Source: Anthoceros angustus
Lineage: Eukaryota > Plantae > Anthocerotophyta
NCBI GenBank assembly: GCA_010909165.1
Contig: VJWM01000011.1
Span: 434,001-498,000 of the forward strand
Length of the DNA stretch: 64,000 bases
Direction: 5' to 3'
Positions within the stretch are counted from its first letter, which is position 1; the number at the start of each line of letters is the position of its first letter. This document shows, one piece after another, positions 47,945 through 61,860 of this stretch. The position numbers and the translations under genes are program-made. The notes under the pieces were generated by a model, which worked only from the letters and a program-made list of their open reading frames with translations, was not told the DNA's origin and ran no database searches.

Positions 47945-49402
47945 GGGCAGCTTGGACTCGCATCTCCCGCCCGGCGTGACGGTGGAGAGAGCCATCACCG
48001 ATTTCCTCCACAACATGGCGGATTTCATCCTGCAGCACCTCAGGGCCAGCTACCCGGCGGCGGGCAACCTCAACATGGCGCATGTGCAGTGGTGCCTCAC
48101 AGTGCCCGCCATCTGGGACGACAAAGCCAAGCAGAAGATGAGATTTTGCGCGCAGAGGGCCGGGATGGTGCGGGGCCCGCACTGCCCTCCGGAGCGGGCG
48201 CCCATGGCCAGCCCCTTCGAGCTCATCATCGTGCTCGAGTCCGAGGCCGCCTCCATCTACTGCGCCAAGAAGTCCAGGCAGCTGGACCTGGCCAGGGAAC
48301 CCACTTCCTGGTGGCGGACATCGGGGAGGAACTGCCGACATTGTTGTGCACATGAAGGACAACGACGAGAACGCCACGCTTCAGGTGCGGGAGGTGAAGC
48401 ACAGCGTGGGCGGGCTCTGCGGAGGGACATTCGTGGACAGGGGTTCATGGACTTCTTGGACCGCAGAATCGGATGCTTCGCCGACTTCGCCAAGGACCAC
48501 GCCGGGATGCTGCACAAGATCGTGAAAGAGTGGGAGTCGTCGAAGCGGACGTTCGATGGGTCGCTGGATTTTCCGTGGGAGTTCAATCTGCCCACCATTC
48601 TGGCCGAACAGTGGCAGAAATACGACGAGGAAATGCTCGCACGGGATCCAGCCCATGTCGCCATGAAGGTCTACGACCATATCGAGATCTCGGAGCAGGA
48701 GATGAGGGGCATTTTCGACCCCGTGGTGGACCAGATCATCGGGCTCATCGGAGGCCAGATGTCTCCTCACGTGCAAGTCATCCTCATGGTGGGGGCTTCT
48801 CCGGATCTCCCTACCTGCTCAGGAGGGTGAGGGAGGCGTTCGAGAGCCGTGTGAGGGGCCACATCATCTGCCCGTCTGACCCCAGTGCCATCTGCCAGGG
48901 CGCAGTCTTGCTGGGGATGTCGCAGAATGTGATCGTGTCCAGGGTTGCGCGCAAGACTTACGGTATCAGCGAGTGCAGGGACTTCCAGCACGGTGATCCA
49001 ACTCACTTGCTTGACGTTGTGAACGGCAGGCGGAAATGCAAGGATGCCTTCTGTGTGTTCGTCCGAATAGGGCAGGAAATCGGCATCGATGAATGCGTCC
49101 AGAAAGAGCGATACCCGGTGTATGCTGGACAGAAGACCGTCCAGCTGCTCCTCTACAGCTCCACCCAAACCAACCCCAGGTACATATCTGACGCCGGCGT
49201 GAAGCTGGAAGGGACTTTGACCATGGACATCTCTGAGGACTTGGGCCGCCTCGACACCAGGAGGTGCATTCTTGTCTCGCTTTACTTCGGAAGGTCTTAC
49301 CTCCAGGTGAAAGCACAGCGGAAGAACTTTGGAAACACATCACAAGTGTTGGAGATGTCGGAGTACATCGACTTCAGTAGCCACGAAGCCACCTCCTCCT
49401 AG
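47945..49402 (+). CDS. HSPA12-like protein, C-terminal copy (others at 49640-51241, 53545-53930 and 54935-56216)
   Basis: IFDPVVDQIIGLI...ILMVGGFSGSPYLLRRVREAF...AICQGAVLLG...RVARKTYGI...FGRSYLQVKAQ...ATSS*. Confidence 0.85.
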
Positions 49403-52400
49403 CTAGGATACTTTACCACATACAATTATTCATGGCGTCCATCTCACATCCTCTCATCATCTGCAGCTTGTGCTTGCTGCGAGCAACAACAGGGCCAGGC
49501 CAGCCAACAGCTCTGGCAGTGTGACACTTACAAATGGCATCCGGCGAGCTTCATCTCGTCAGTCCATGGTGTGACGAGCAAAAACAGGCAGGCGTGAGTG
49601 GAGTGAATGCAACTGACCAGTTTGAGTGGCAGTGGCTCAGTTCCGGGAACTGCCCTCTGCAGGAGAAGGCGTTGATAATCAGTTCCTGGCACGGGACCGG
49701 GACCGGGATCGGGATCGGAATCAAGATCAGGGGCTGGGGGAGCTGGACGGGATTGAGCCGGATGATAGCAAAACCAAGCTGAGGCATGGGTTGGACTCGC
49801 ATCTCCCGCCCGGCGTGACGGTGGAGAGAGCCATCACCGATTTCCTCCACAACATGGCGGATTTCATCCTGCAGCACCTCAGGGCCAGCTACCCGGCGGC
49901 GGGCAACCTCAACATGGCGCATGTGCAGTGGTGCCTCACAGTGCCCGCCATCTGGGACGACAAAGCCAAGCAGAAGATGAGATTTTGCGCGCAGAGGGCC
50001 GGGATGGTGCGGGGCCCGCACTGCCCTCCGGAGCGGGCGCCCATGGCCAGCCCCTTCGAGCTCATCATCGTGCTCGAGTCCGAGGCCGCCTCCATCTACT
50101 GCGCCAAGAAGTCCAGGCAGCTGGACCTGGCCAGGGAACCCACTTCCTGGTGGCGGACATCGGGGAGGAACTGCCGACATTGTTGTGCACATGAAGGACA
50201 ACGACGAGAACGCCACGCTTCAGGTGCGGGAGGTGAAGCACAGCGTGGGCGGGCTCTGCGGAGGGACATTCGTGGACAGGGGTTCATGGACTTCTTGGAC
50301 CGCAGAATCGGATGCTTCGCCGACTTCGCCAAGGACCACGCCGGGATGCTGCACAAGATCGTGAAAGAGTGGGAGTCGTCGAAGCGGACGTTCGATGGGT
50401 CGCTGGATTTTCCGTGGGAGTTCAATCTGCCCACCATTCTGGCCGAACAGTGGCAGAAATACGACGAGGAAATGCTCGCACGGGATCCAGCCCATGTCGC
50501 CATGAAGGTCTACGACCATATCGAGATCTCGGAGCAGGAGATGAGGGGCATTTTCGACCCCGTGGTGGACCAGATCATCGGGCTCATCGGAGGCCAGATG
50601 TCTCCTCACGTGCAAGTCATCCTCATGGTGGGGGCTTCTCCGGATCTCCCTACCTGCTCAGGAGGGTGAGGGAGGCGTTCGAGAGCCGTGTGAGGGGCCA
50701 CATCATCTGCCCGTCTGACCCCAGTGCCATCTGCCAGGGCGCAGTCTTGCTGGGGATGTCGCAGAATGTGATCGTGTCCAGGGTTGCGCGCAAGACTTAC
50801 GGTATCAGCGAGTGCAGGGACTTCCAGCACGGTGATCCAACTCACTTGCTTGACGTTGTGAACGGCAGGCGGAAATGCAAGGATGCCTTCTGTGTGTTCG
50901 TCCGAATAGGGCAGGAAATCGGCATCGATGAATGCGTCCAGAAAGAGCGATACCCGGTGTATGCTGGACAGAAGACCGTCCAGCTGCTCCTCTACAGCTC
51001 CACCCAAACCAACCCCAGGTACATATCTGACGCCGGCGTGAAGCTGGAAGGGACTTTGACCATGGACATCTCTGAGGACTTGGGCCGCCTCGACACCAGG
51101 AGGTGCATTCTTGTCTCGCTTTACTTCGGAAGGTCTTACCTCCAGGTGAAAGCACAGCGGAAGAACTTTGGAAACACATCACAAGTGTTGGAGATGTCGG
51201 AGTACATCGACTTCAGTAGCCACGAAGCCACCTCCTCCTAGCTAGGTTCCATGCCTGCTTTTCACGGTTCCTTGACAGCAGCAGCGTCCACGCCCTTTCC
51301 GGCCTCTGCTACTGTGACCCTGTGGTGGTGTGTCGGCCAAATTTTGGAAGGAGCAGCCCCTAGCAACGACCCAGATGCCTAGCATATTACAGTTGATGCT
51401 GTTGTCAGGTCCCGCACACCAGCGTTCCACGTCCCTTAAGGTGTTGGCGTGCACATGTATTTTGCATTCGCGCACACAGTCGGGGAAGGTGGTGACCTGT
51501 CCGGAAGGACCGAGTCTCCCCGTCCCCCGCCTGTGCGTCACACCTTATTATAGTACACGTGTCGGCGTTCAAAACGGGCAGAAGCTGCACATCGAACTGC
51601 TCATTCCCACCGAAAACAATGAAATGCACTCGCCTTTGAGTGAAGTGGAAGTGAAGTGAGCAACTTTTCCATGTCAGTTCTGCCAAAACACATTCCACCA
51701 TTCTACCCGCAAGGAGATGCATAGCCATGACCCGCGTCCCCAAACCTAAAAAATGAGCAGATGCACACTCACACCAAGGACCAGGTCTGGGGGTTCCTGT
51801 CGTCCAAGTGGGGCAGCTTGGACTCGGTCCTCGTCTATGGGGATGGCAGGCCTACGCCGGGGATGGCCCTGGCCTTCTCATGCTCACTCCAAGTGAACGA
51901 GTGGACGTGCGAGCAACAACAGGGCCAGGCCAGCCAACAGCTCTGGCAGTGTGACACTTACAAATGGCATCCGGCGAGCTTCATCTCGTCAGTCCATGGT
52001 GTGACGAGCAAAAACAGGCAGGCGTGAGTGGAGTGAATGCAACTGACCAGTTTGAGTGGCAGTTGTGCTTGCTGCGAGCAAACTTGCAGTCATACCGACA
52101 TGACATCAATCGATTCCATTTGTTGTGACAAATTTTGTAAACTTTGACACATATGCCAGTGCAGCCTAGTTGGGTTCCAGCCTTCATTGTCTCTGAATGT
52201 TGCACTGTTTAGGGAACTTGAATGACAGTGTGCTTGTTTGTCCCTACATACCTACAAGGAATTCCACAGCCATGGATATGGTGGTGGCAAGGTACAACCA
52301 TATATTTGCATACATATGTATGCATGCCGCGATGAGACATTGCTGTCCTCCATTGCTTGTCCTTCATCACGGGCCGGTGTTCCCCACACCGGCCCGTGAC

Positions 52401-55400
52401 TATGACCTACACGCGCGCTGAGTCTCTGGCTCGGCGTGTGATGCACTGGCACGCTTCTCCATTCACATGGCTTCTGATCTGTAGCGGGATTTGGAGGCTT
52501 CTGTGGTGGGGATGGAGGAGGTTGTGTAGTGCTGTACAGGAATCCCGTTGAAGGTGGATCCGAGGCTGTTACCAGGGTTTGAATTTCCCTATTCGTGATC
52601 GCGGAGTGTCACGGGTTTGGGACACAAGCCGCAAGCTGGTTTAGGAGCTGTGACAAGAGAATTGATGTGGAAGGAATCGCGGACAGGAATCTGCTTGCTG
52701 AATCGCGGACAGGAATCTGCATCTGAATGTTCCTGGAATAACAAAGCTCAGAGATGTGAGGGATGTCGGGATAAGCAATGCCAACTGAGCTCACGTGTTG
52801 AGTGCTACTTAGAAGTACGCACATTCTTCAGTATCACATCCTCATCATGAGTGAGCATCTTGTGATTCTTACCGTCATTCCTCATTATCACATACCTCAC
52901 CATGAGTGAGCACCTTGTGATTATGAGTCATAGTGTTCGTTCTTGTGGAAGTCCAGCAAGCATTCTTCACCGCATAGCTCGATGGATATTGCCTCAAGCC
53001 AAGCAGTTTCCTCAGTGCAGAACTTTTCATGTTCTTTTTCCTTGCCATTGTGGATATAAGTATACCTCATGAAAAGTTCTTTTTCCTTGCCATTGTGGAT
53101 ATAAGTATACCTCTTTCTGGCCATGAACACTTTTAGCTCACATGAGACGGAGTCTGAGCAGCAGCAACGGGTAGTAGAACGGCTCGGCTCGGCGGTGCAC
53201 ATGTAGGCAGGAATGCTATTTAAAATTCCTAGGTGGAGCCTTTGAGATTTATACATGAACAATCAATAGACAAGAATTTGGCGGTGTTGGCACTATTATT
53301 ATTGAGGGTTGCCGAGGTGAGGTGGGCTACAACCCCTTTTGGGGTCTCTTGGGGTTCATCATACTGAGCTAAGACTTTGTATGTCGGAGTAAGTGAGGAC
53401 TCTTTGTCTCCGATCCGATGCCTCCTTGTCCTTGACAATCCCAGTGTCATGATTTGTTCTCTCTCTATGCGATTTCTTCTCTCTGCAATGGAGCGGTCCA
53501 TACCTTCAGGATCAGAACACTCCATCCGGTATGTGCGTTAAGGGTGAAAACCAGTTCCGGGAACTGCCCTCTGCAGGAGAAGGCGTTGATAATCAGTTCC
53601 TGGCACGGGACCGGGACCGGATCGGGATCGGAATCAAGATCAGGGGCTGGGGAGCTGGACGGGATTGAGCCGGATGATAGCAAAACCAAGCTGAGGCATG
53701 GGTTGGACTCGCATCTCCCGCCCGGCGTGAAGCTGGAAGGGACTTTGACCATGGACATCTCTGAGGACTTGGGCCGCCTCGACACCAGGAGGTGCATTCT
53801 TGTCTCGCTTTACTTCGGAAGGTCTTACCTCCAGGTGAAAGCACAGCGGAAGAACTTTGGAAACACATCACAAGTGTTGGAGATGTCGGAGTACATCGAC
53901 TTCAGTAGCCACGAAGCCACCTCCTCCTAGCTAGGATACTTTACCACATACAATTATTCATGGCGTCCATCTCACATCCTCTCATCATCTGCAGCTTGTG
54001 CTTGCTGCGAGCAAACTTGCAGTCATACCGACATGACATCAATCGATTCCATTTGTTGTGACAAATTTTGTAAACTTTGACACATATGCCAGTGCAGCCT
54101 AGTTGGGTTCCAGCCTTCATTGTCTCTGAATGTTGCACTGTTTAGGGGAACTTGAATGACAGTGTGCTTGTTTGTCCCTACATACCTACAAGGAATTCCA
54201 CAGCCATGGATATGGTGGTGGCAAGGTACAACCATATATTTGCATACATATATGTATGCATGCCGCGATGAGACATTGCTGTCCTCCATTGCTTGTCCTT
54301 CATCACGGGCCGGTGTTCCCCACACCGGCCCGTGACTATGACCTACACGCGCGCTGAGTCTCTGGCTCGGCGTGTGATGCACTGGCACGCTTCTCCATTC
54401 ACATGGCTTCTGATCTGTAGCGGGATTTGGAGGCTTCTGTGGTGGGGATGGAGGAGGTTGTGTAGTGCTGTACAGGAATCCCGTTGAAGGTGGATCCGAG
54501 GCTGTTACCAGGGTTTGAATTTCCCTATTCGTGATCGCGGAGTGTCACGGGTTTGGGACACAAGCCGCAAGCTGGTTTAGGAGCTGTGACAAGAGAATTG
54601 ATGTGGAAGGAATCGCGGACAGGAATCTGCTTGCTGAATCGCGGACAGGAATCTGCATCTGAATGTTCCTGGGAATAACAAAGCTCAGAGATGTGAGGGG
54701 ATGTCGGGATAAGCAATGCCAACTGAGCTCACGTGTTGAGTGCTACTTAGAAGTACGCACATTCTTCAGTATCACATCCTCATCATGAGTGAGCATCTTG
54801 TGATTCTTACCGTCATTCCTCATTATCACATACCTCACCATGAGTGAGCACCTTGTGATTATGAGTCATAGTGTTCGTTCTTGTGGAAGTCCAGCAAGCA
54901 TTCTTCACCGCATAGCTCGATGGATATTGCCTCAAGCCAAGCAGAAGATGAGATTTTGCGCGCAGAGGGCCGGGATGGTGCGGGGCCCGCACTGCCCTCC
55001 GGAGCGGGCGCCCATGGCCAGCCCCTTCGAGCTCATCATCGTGCTCGAGTCCGAGGCCGCCTCCATCTACTGCGCCAAGAAGTCCAGGCAGCTGGACCTG
55101 GCCAGGGAACCCACTTCCTGGTGGCGGACATCGGGGAGGAACTGCCGACATTGTTGTGCACATGAAGGACAACGACGAGAACGCCACGCTTCAGGTGCGG
55201 GAGGTGAAGCACAGCGTGGGCGGGCTCTGCGGAGGGACATTCGTGGACAGGGGTTCATGGACTTCTTGGACCGCAGAATCGGATGCTTCGCCGACTTCGC
55301 CAAGGACCACGCCGGGATGCTGCACAAGATCGTGAAAGAGTGGGAGTCGTCGAAGCGGACGTTCGATGGGTCGCTGGATTTTCCGTGGGAGTTCAATCTG

Positions 55401-58059
55401 CCCACCATTCTGGCCGAACAGTGGCAGAAATACGACGAGGAAATGCTCGCACGGGATCCAGCCCATGTCGCCATGAAGGTCTACGACCATATCGAGATCT
55501 CGGAGCAGGAGATGAGGGGCATTTTCGACCCCGTGGTGGACCAGATCATCGGGCTCATCGGAGGCCAGATGTCTCCTCACGTGCAAGTCATCCTCATGGT
55601 GGGGGGCTTCTCCGGATCTCCCTACCTGCTCAGGAGGGTGAGGGAGGCGTTCGAGAGCCGTGTGAGGGGCCACATCATCTGCCCGTCTGACCCCGGGAGT
55701 GCCATCTGCCAGGGCGCAGTCTTGCTGGGGATGTCGCAGAATGTGATCGTGTCCAGGGTTGCGCGCAAGACTTACGGTATCAGCGAGTGCAGGGACTTCC
55801 AGCACGGTGATCCAACTCACTTGCTTGACGTTGTGAACGGCAGGCGGAAATGCAAGGATGCCTTCTGTGTGTTCGTCCGAATAGGGCAGGAAATCGGCAT
55901 CGATGAATGCGTCCAGAAAGAGCGATACCCGGTGTATGCTGGACAGAAGACCGTCCAGCTGCTCCTCTACAGCTCCACCCAAACCAACCCCAGGTACATA
56001 TCTGACGCCGGCGTGAAGCTGGAAGGGACTTTGACCATGGACATCTCTGAGGACTTGGGCCGCCTCGACACCAGGAGGTGCATTCTTGTCTCGCTTTACT
56101 TCGGAAGGTCTTACCTCCAGGTGAAAGCACAGCGGAAGAACTTTGGAAACACATCACAAGTGTTGGAGATGTCGGAGTACATCGACTTCAGTAGCCACGA
56201 AGCCACCTCCTCCTAGCTAGGATACTTTACCACATACAATTATTCATGGCGTCCATCTCACATCCTCTCATCATCTGCAGCTTGTGCTTGCTGCGAGCAA
56301 ACTTGCAGTCATACCGACATGACATCAATCGATTCCATCTTGGGAGGTTGTCTCTTTCTTAATTCACGACTTACTTCAAAGCAGTAAGTCTCCACATCCT
56401 TCAAAGGGGCCTCTCGAGTCTCCCGCCCTTCAAAGGGGCCTCTCGTCTCTCCGCCTTCAAAGGGCCCTCTCAGCAATCCTTCACAAAGAGCGGACGAGTA
56501 ACGCTTCTTCCTCTTCCTCCATATTGCAGGCCATTTGTTGTGACAAATTTTGTAAACTTTGACACATATGCCAGTGCAGCCTAGTTGGGTTCCAGCCTTC
56601 ATTGTCTCTGAATGTTGCACTGTTTAGGGGAACTTGAATGACAGTGTGCTTGTTTGTCCCTACATACCTACAAGGAATTCCACAGCCATGGATATGGTGG
56701 TGGCAAGGTACGGCCATATATTTGCATACATATATGTATGCCGCGATGAGACATTGCTGTCCTCCATTGCTTGTCCTTCATCACGGGCCGGTGTTCCCCA
56801 CACCGGCCCGTGACTATGACCTACCTTGGCAACGCTGAGTCTCTGGCTCGGCGTGTGTGATGCACTGGCACGCTTCTCCATTCACATGGCTTCTGATCTG
56901 TAGCGGGATTTGGAGGCTTCTGTGGTGGGGGATGGAGGAGGTTGTGTAGTGCTGTACGGGGGAATCCCGTTGAAGGTGGATCCGAGGCTGTTACCAGGGT
57001 TTGAATTTCCCTATTCGTGATCGCGGAGTGTCACGGGTTTGGGACACAAGCCGCAAGCTGGTTTAGGAGCTGTGACAAGAGAATTGATGTGGAAGGAATC
57101 GCGGACAGGAATCTGCTTGCTGAATCGCGGACAGGAATCTGCATCTGAATGTTCCTGGGAATAACAAAGCTCAGAGATGTGAGGGGATGTCGGGATAAGC
57201 AATGCCAACTGAGCTCACGTGTTGAGTGCTACTTAGAAGTACGCACATTCTTCAGTATCACATCCCTCATCATGAGTGAGCATCTTGTGATTCTTACCGT
57301 CATTCCTCATTATCACATACCTCACCATGAGTGAGCACCTTGTGATTATGAGTCATAGTGTTCGTTCTTGTGGAAGTCCAGCAAGCATTCTTCACCGCAT
57401 AGCTCGATGGATATTGCCTCAAGCCAAGCAGTTTCCTCAGTGCAGAACTTTTCATGTTCTTTTTCCTTGCCATTGTGGATATAAGTATACCTCATGAAAA
57501 GTTCTTTTTCCTTGCCATTGTGGATATAAGTATACCTCTTTCTGGCCATGAACACTTTTAGCTCACATGAGACGAAGTACAGAGAGCAACGGCGATGGTA
57601 GAACGGCTCGGCTCGGTGCACATGTAGGCAACAGAATGCTATTTAAAATTCCTAGGTGGAGCACTGGAGATTTATGCCTGCATATGAACAATCAATAGAC
57701 AAGAATTTGGCAGGTGTTGGCACTATTATTGAGGGTTGCCAGTAGTGAGGTGGGCTACAACCCCTCTAGGCGGGGCCTTTTGGCTGGTCTCTTGGGGTTC
57801 ATCATACGGAGCTAAGACTTTGTATGTCGAGTAAGGGCTGGGGACTCTTTGTCTCCGATCCCGATGCCTCCTTGTCCTTGACAATCCCAGGCTGGTGTCC
57901 GCAGTTTGTTCTCTCTATGCGATTTCTTCTCTCTGCAATGGAGCGGTCCATACCTTCTGATCAAGAACACTCTAGGCAAGCGTGGGTGAAAACCCGGCTG
58001 ACACGTGCATAAGGACTTCTACCAGACTACTTGGGCTGTCTAAGTAAGTCTTGCGACCT

Positions 58060-60560
58060 CCACCAGCTCCGTGGCTCAGGTTTCGGTGTCCGGTGTTGTC
58101 CTTCCAGGGGTGCCTCTCTCATCATGGGAATGGTTGCGTTCTCAGCAGGATCACATCCTTGGGTTGTTTGAAACCCGCTTTTCATGCCCGCGCATCCTCC
58201 ATAGGATTCCTAGACACCTCCATGATGATGCCTGCGTAGCGTTCCGTCTTCCTCTAGATCGCCTTGCGCTCGACTCTCAAGACGAGTTGAGCAATGCGCT
58301 CGACTCTCAAGACGAGTTGAGCAATGCGCTCGACTCTCAAGACGAGCTGGCCTGGTGTCTTCTTCTGCTTGTACCCCAGTAGTGTCTGCGTTGTACTAAG
58401 GGTGGGGCTTCTGTTCATAGGGAGGTCACCAGTCGCCTCCGTCGCTTTCGGGCCGGCAATTGGGCATCTTTTCAGGAGCAGGCATCGCGGGCTTCCAAGG
58501 CTCGGGTGGAATCCGCGCGTTAGGTCGAGCAGGTGAATATGCTCACGTTGCTAGGGCTCTTTGTGTCTCGTGTGGAGGAGGAACCTTCCCTCTCCAAATT
58601 TTCGTAAGGTAGGCTAGGGAAATATTTTTTGCAAATGCTCGGCAGGATTTTTCTCCTTTCTCGACGTTCATCTCCGATGGTTTCATGGGTTGCAGATGTT
58701 GTTGCTTGAGAAGCAGCTCGGCCAAGCTTTCTAATCCCTCCATCCCCAGGTCCACGAGGGCTCGGCTTCGCTCTTGTTCTGGTAAGGGTCAGGCGCTTGG
58801 CATCTAGCTCGTCCATGTATACGGGGTTTTGTTATGGCACCAACCACCTTCACCATTGCGATGCGATTCCATCTTGGGAGGTTGTCTCTTTCTTAATTCA
58901 CAGCTTACTTCAAACAGTAAGTCTCCACTGTCCTTCAAAGGGGCCTCTCAGCGAGTCTCCACTGGCCTTCAAAGGGGCCTCTCGGTAGTCTCCACCGCCT
59001 TCAAAGGGCCCTCTCAAGCGGCAATCCTTCACAAAGAGCGTGACGGGTAACGCTTCTTCCTCTTCCTCCATATTGCAGGCCATTTGTTCTTCCATGATGT
59101 TCTAGGAGTAATAAATAATTTTAGGTAAAAACTTAATCATTCCTTTTCATCTAGACCCTTGGGCTCCATAGCGCATTGCTCCTCACTGGTGGAGAGACCT
59201 GCTCTTTGCCCCCTTCCTTTGGCCCCTCCTTCTGAAGAGACCATTGTGGCCCTTCATACCCTCCATCCAGCCTCGAAGGATGCCATCCCCTGGACATACT
59301 CGCCTATGTCCCTGACGACCCTTTCTCTCTAGACTGCGTGGCTTTTGTTCGCTCTTCATACCCCATCTTCTCTGGGCTGGCTATCTAGCCTTTTAGCATC
59401 TTCGAGACCTTTTTCTCTCTAAAGACCCACGTAGTGGCTTTCCCCAGCTCTTTTCCCTCGCTACTGCTGTGGATTGAGAAAAACTGCCTCATCGGATCTC
59501 TCAAGTCCTTGCAGCTAGTAGGCTCGTCAATATGGACAAGCTTGCCCTGGGCTCTGGCATCCATCCACTCGCAGTTGGGAAAGCCTTCATGCGGCTCCTT
59601 AGCCGTACTATTGCCCTTCAGTGCCACTCCCTCCCCAGCGGCACCTCAACCCCGATCAATTTGGCATTGCCACTCCGTGGGGTTGCGAGTCCGTGGTGTT
59701 TGGCGTGCAGGCATGCCTTGACACCCACCCGAAGTGGGTGGTTTTACAGGTGGATGTTGAGAACGCCTTCAATACCATTTCTAGGAGCGTCATCTTCGAG
59801 GAGTTCAGGGACGCTGGTGGTGTCCTAGGGAGCCTTATACCTTTTGTTCGGTGCTTTTATGCGAAGTCTTTCAACCTCTACTATCAGCACATGAACGTCT
59901 CTTCGGGATTTGTTGTTTCCGTCTTGGAATCAGCCACATGTACTAGGCAAGGCGACCCTCTGGGCGGTGCCCTCTTTTCCATCGCCCACTACAAGGCCCT
60001 CTCCAGGGCTCTTCCTCTGCGTGTGCGACTATGTTTTCTTGTCGCTGGCAGACGACTCTCGCATCCTTGGGCCTGGGGAAGAGGTCTAGGAGGCCTTCTA
60101 GCTCTTCTCCCATGAACTTTCTTTGGTCGGCTTGAAGGTCAAACTCTCCAAGTGCCGCGTTTGGTCCCCATCGGGTATCCTCCTCTCTTTGCAGTTTCTT
60201 GCTGGGGAGATTGCTGCGATCTTGGGTCTATGGCTTTTAGGGGTCCCCATTGGCTCCCCTGACTTCATCCGGAGCTTCCTAGATCAGGCTCTCGCGAAGG
60301 ACCTGTGCCATGTTGAGGACCTCCCTCTGTTGGGGATGCTCAGGTGGCCTTCGGAATTCTTTTCTCCTACCTCGTTAGGCGCCTTAGTTACCTCATCCGC
60401 ACACTCTCCCGTCTCCGGTTCTCCTATCTCAACTGCAGGGGTTTGACATGAAGATACTCTTGGGGACATCATGGGCCCAAGGGCTTTCGAGTGCCCTATG
60501 GGCGATTTGGCCCGCTGGGAAGCATCCATGCCAATGCAATTTGAGGGCGCAAGCTTACTC
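58060..60560 (+). mobile_element. Long degenerate CRE-like non-LTR retrotransposon (N-terminal region plus RT), interrupted and 3'-cut
   Basis: RCP...C...H N-terminal motif; RRFRAGNW; APPSEETIVALHTLHP; QFGIATPWGCESVV...LQVDVENAFNTISR...RQGDPLGGALF...ADD; LGVPIGSPDF. Confidence 0.85.
58265..58346. repeat. Three 30-bp tandem units
   Basis: tgcgctcgactctcaagacgagttgagcaa at 58265 and 58295, with a partial unit at 58325. Confidence 0.95.
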
Positions 60561-61145
60561 AAAAGAGTGATGTATACTCGTATGGAATCTTGCTTGTGAG
60601 ATCTTCACGGGAGGCGACCCATCGAGGCTGAAGAGACCTAGTGATGAGCGAGTGACCGTGAGATGGGTGAGTAAACGTTGCATGCTTGGAAATACTTGCC
60701 ATCTTCAGATAGATTCTGACTGTTCTTGTCAGTCAAAACCATTTGAGGAGAGTGTTGTGTGCTTGTTGTCCTGGAGGTTGGTGACAGTCCTGAGTGTCCT
60801 GCGTTGATCTCTAGGCATGGAAGAAAGTGAGCGATGGAATGGTGGCTGAAATTCTTGACCCGAAGCTTGAGCGAACAACCAGCACTCATGATGGTCGAGA
60901 AGGTTGCGGAGCTCGCATTTGCATGCTCAGCTCCATCAAGGAACGACAGGCCCTTGATGGGTGACGCCGGAAAAGAGCTGTGGACTATACGATCTCAGTA
61001 TCAGGCTGCAATGAAGGAATATGGACTTGCCAAAAGTGCGTCGAACGTCTCCACGGCCTCCAGCTTCTCGTTGAGCAGTAAGAAGGCAGGTTCGGACTAT
61101 CAGTATGACCTCCCCAGAAGAGGGAGCTGGCAAGCCGGAAGATAG
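60560..61145 (+). CDS. CRCK: CRCK-type kinase C-terminal exons, misplaced upstream of the body; N-lobe piece FTMADIIRATDNFSPS at about 61310-61392
   Basis: 60560-60852 duplicates 63148-63445 and continues ILDPKL...VEKVAELAFACSAPSRNDRPLM...LWTIRSQY to a stop at 61145. Confidence 0.8.
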
Positions 61146-61254
61146 TAATCCCTTGAGGAAGGAGTTACTCTTGTAACGATAGATGCCGTAGGTTTCTTCC
61201 TCGGGTTTTTAGGTAGTTGGGCCCTCGCCTAGCCTCTCGCTTTATCCTCCATGA

Positions 61255-61860
61255 CAAAGCCCTTTCTAGAGGGCTCTTTGTGTCTCGTGTGGAGGAGGAA
61301 CCTTCCCTCTCCAACTCAACCGGACGTTGTTGCTGGAAGACACTTTACAATGGCTGACATTATCAGAGCCACCGATAATTTCTCTCCATCCCTGTGTCCA
61401 CGAGGGCTCGGCCGCTCTTGTTCAGTAAGGTCGGGCGCTTGGCATCTAGCTCGTCCATGTATACGGGGTTTTGTTATGGCACCAACCACCTTCACCATTG
61501 CGATGCGATTCCATCTTGGGAGGTTGTCTCTTTCTTAATTCACAGCTTACTTCAAACAGTAAGTCTCCACTGTCCTTCAAAGGGGCCTCTCAGCGAGTCT
61601 CCACTGCCCTTCAAAGGGGCCTCTCAGCGAGTCTCCACTGCCCTTCAAAGGGCCCTCTCAACGGCAATCCTTCACAAAGAGCTGACGACAGGTAACGCTT
61701 CTTCCTCTTCCTCCATATTGCAGGCCATTTGTTCTTCCTGCATATGATGTTCTAGGAGTAATAAATAATTTTAGGTAAAAACTTAATCATTCCTTTTCAT
61801 CTAGACCCTTGGGCTCCATAGCGCATTGCTCCTCACTGGTGGGAGAGACCTGCTCTTTGC
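61255..61860. repeat. Second copy of about 58545-59208, including 33-bp ccttcaaaggggcctctc units; a third partial copy is at 56333-56540
   Basis: Direct near-identical sequence with indel differences. Confidence 0.9.

Noticed and set aside
38390-56216. A tandem cluster of about ten HSP70-like paralogues, or SEC23-HSP70 fusion genes
   Set aside because: The copies are virtually identical, share the same frameshifts, are each incomplete, and begin and end at 9-11 nt chance matches. One source gene explains all of them.
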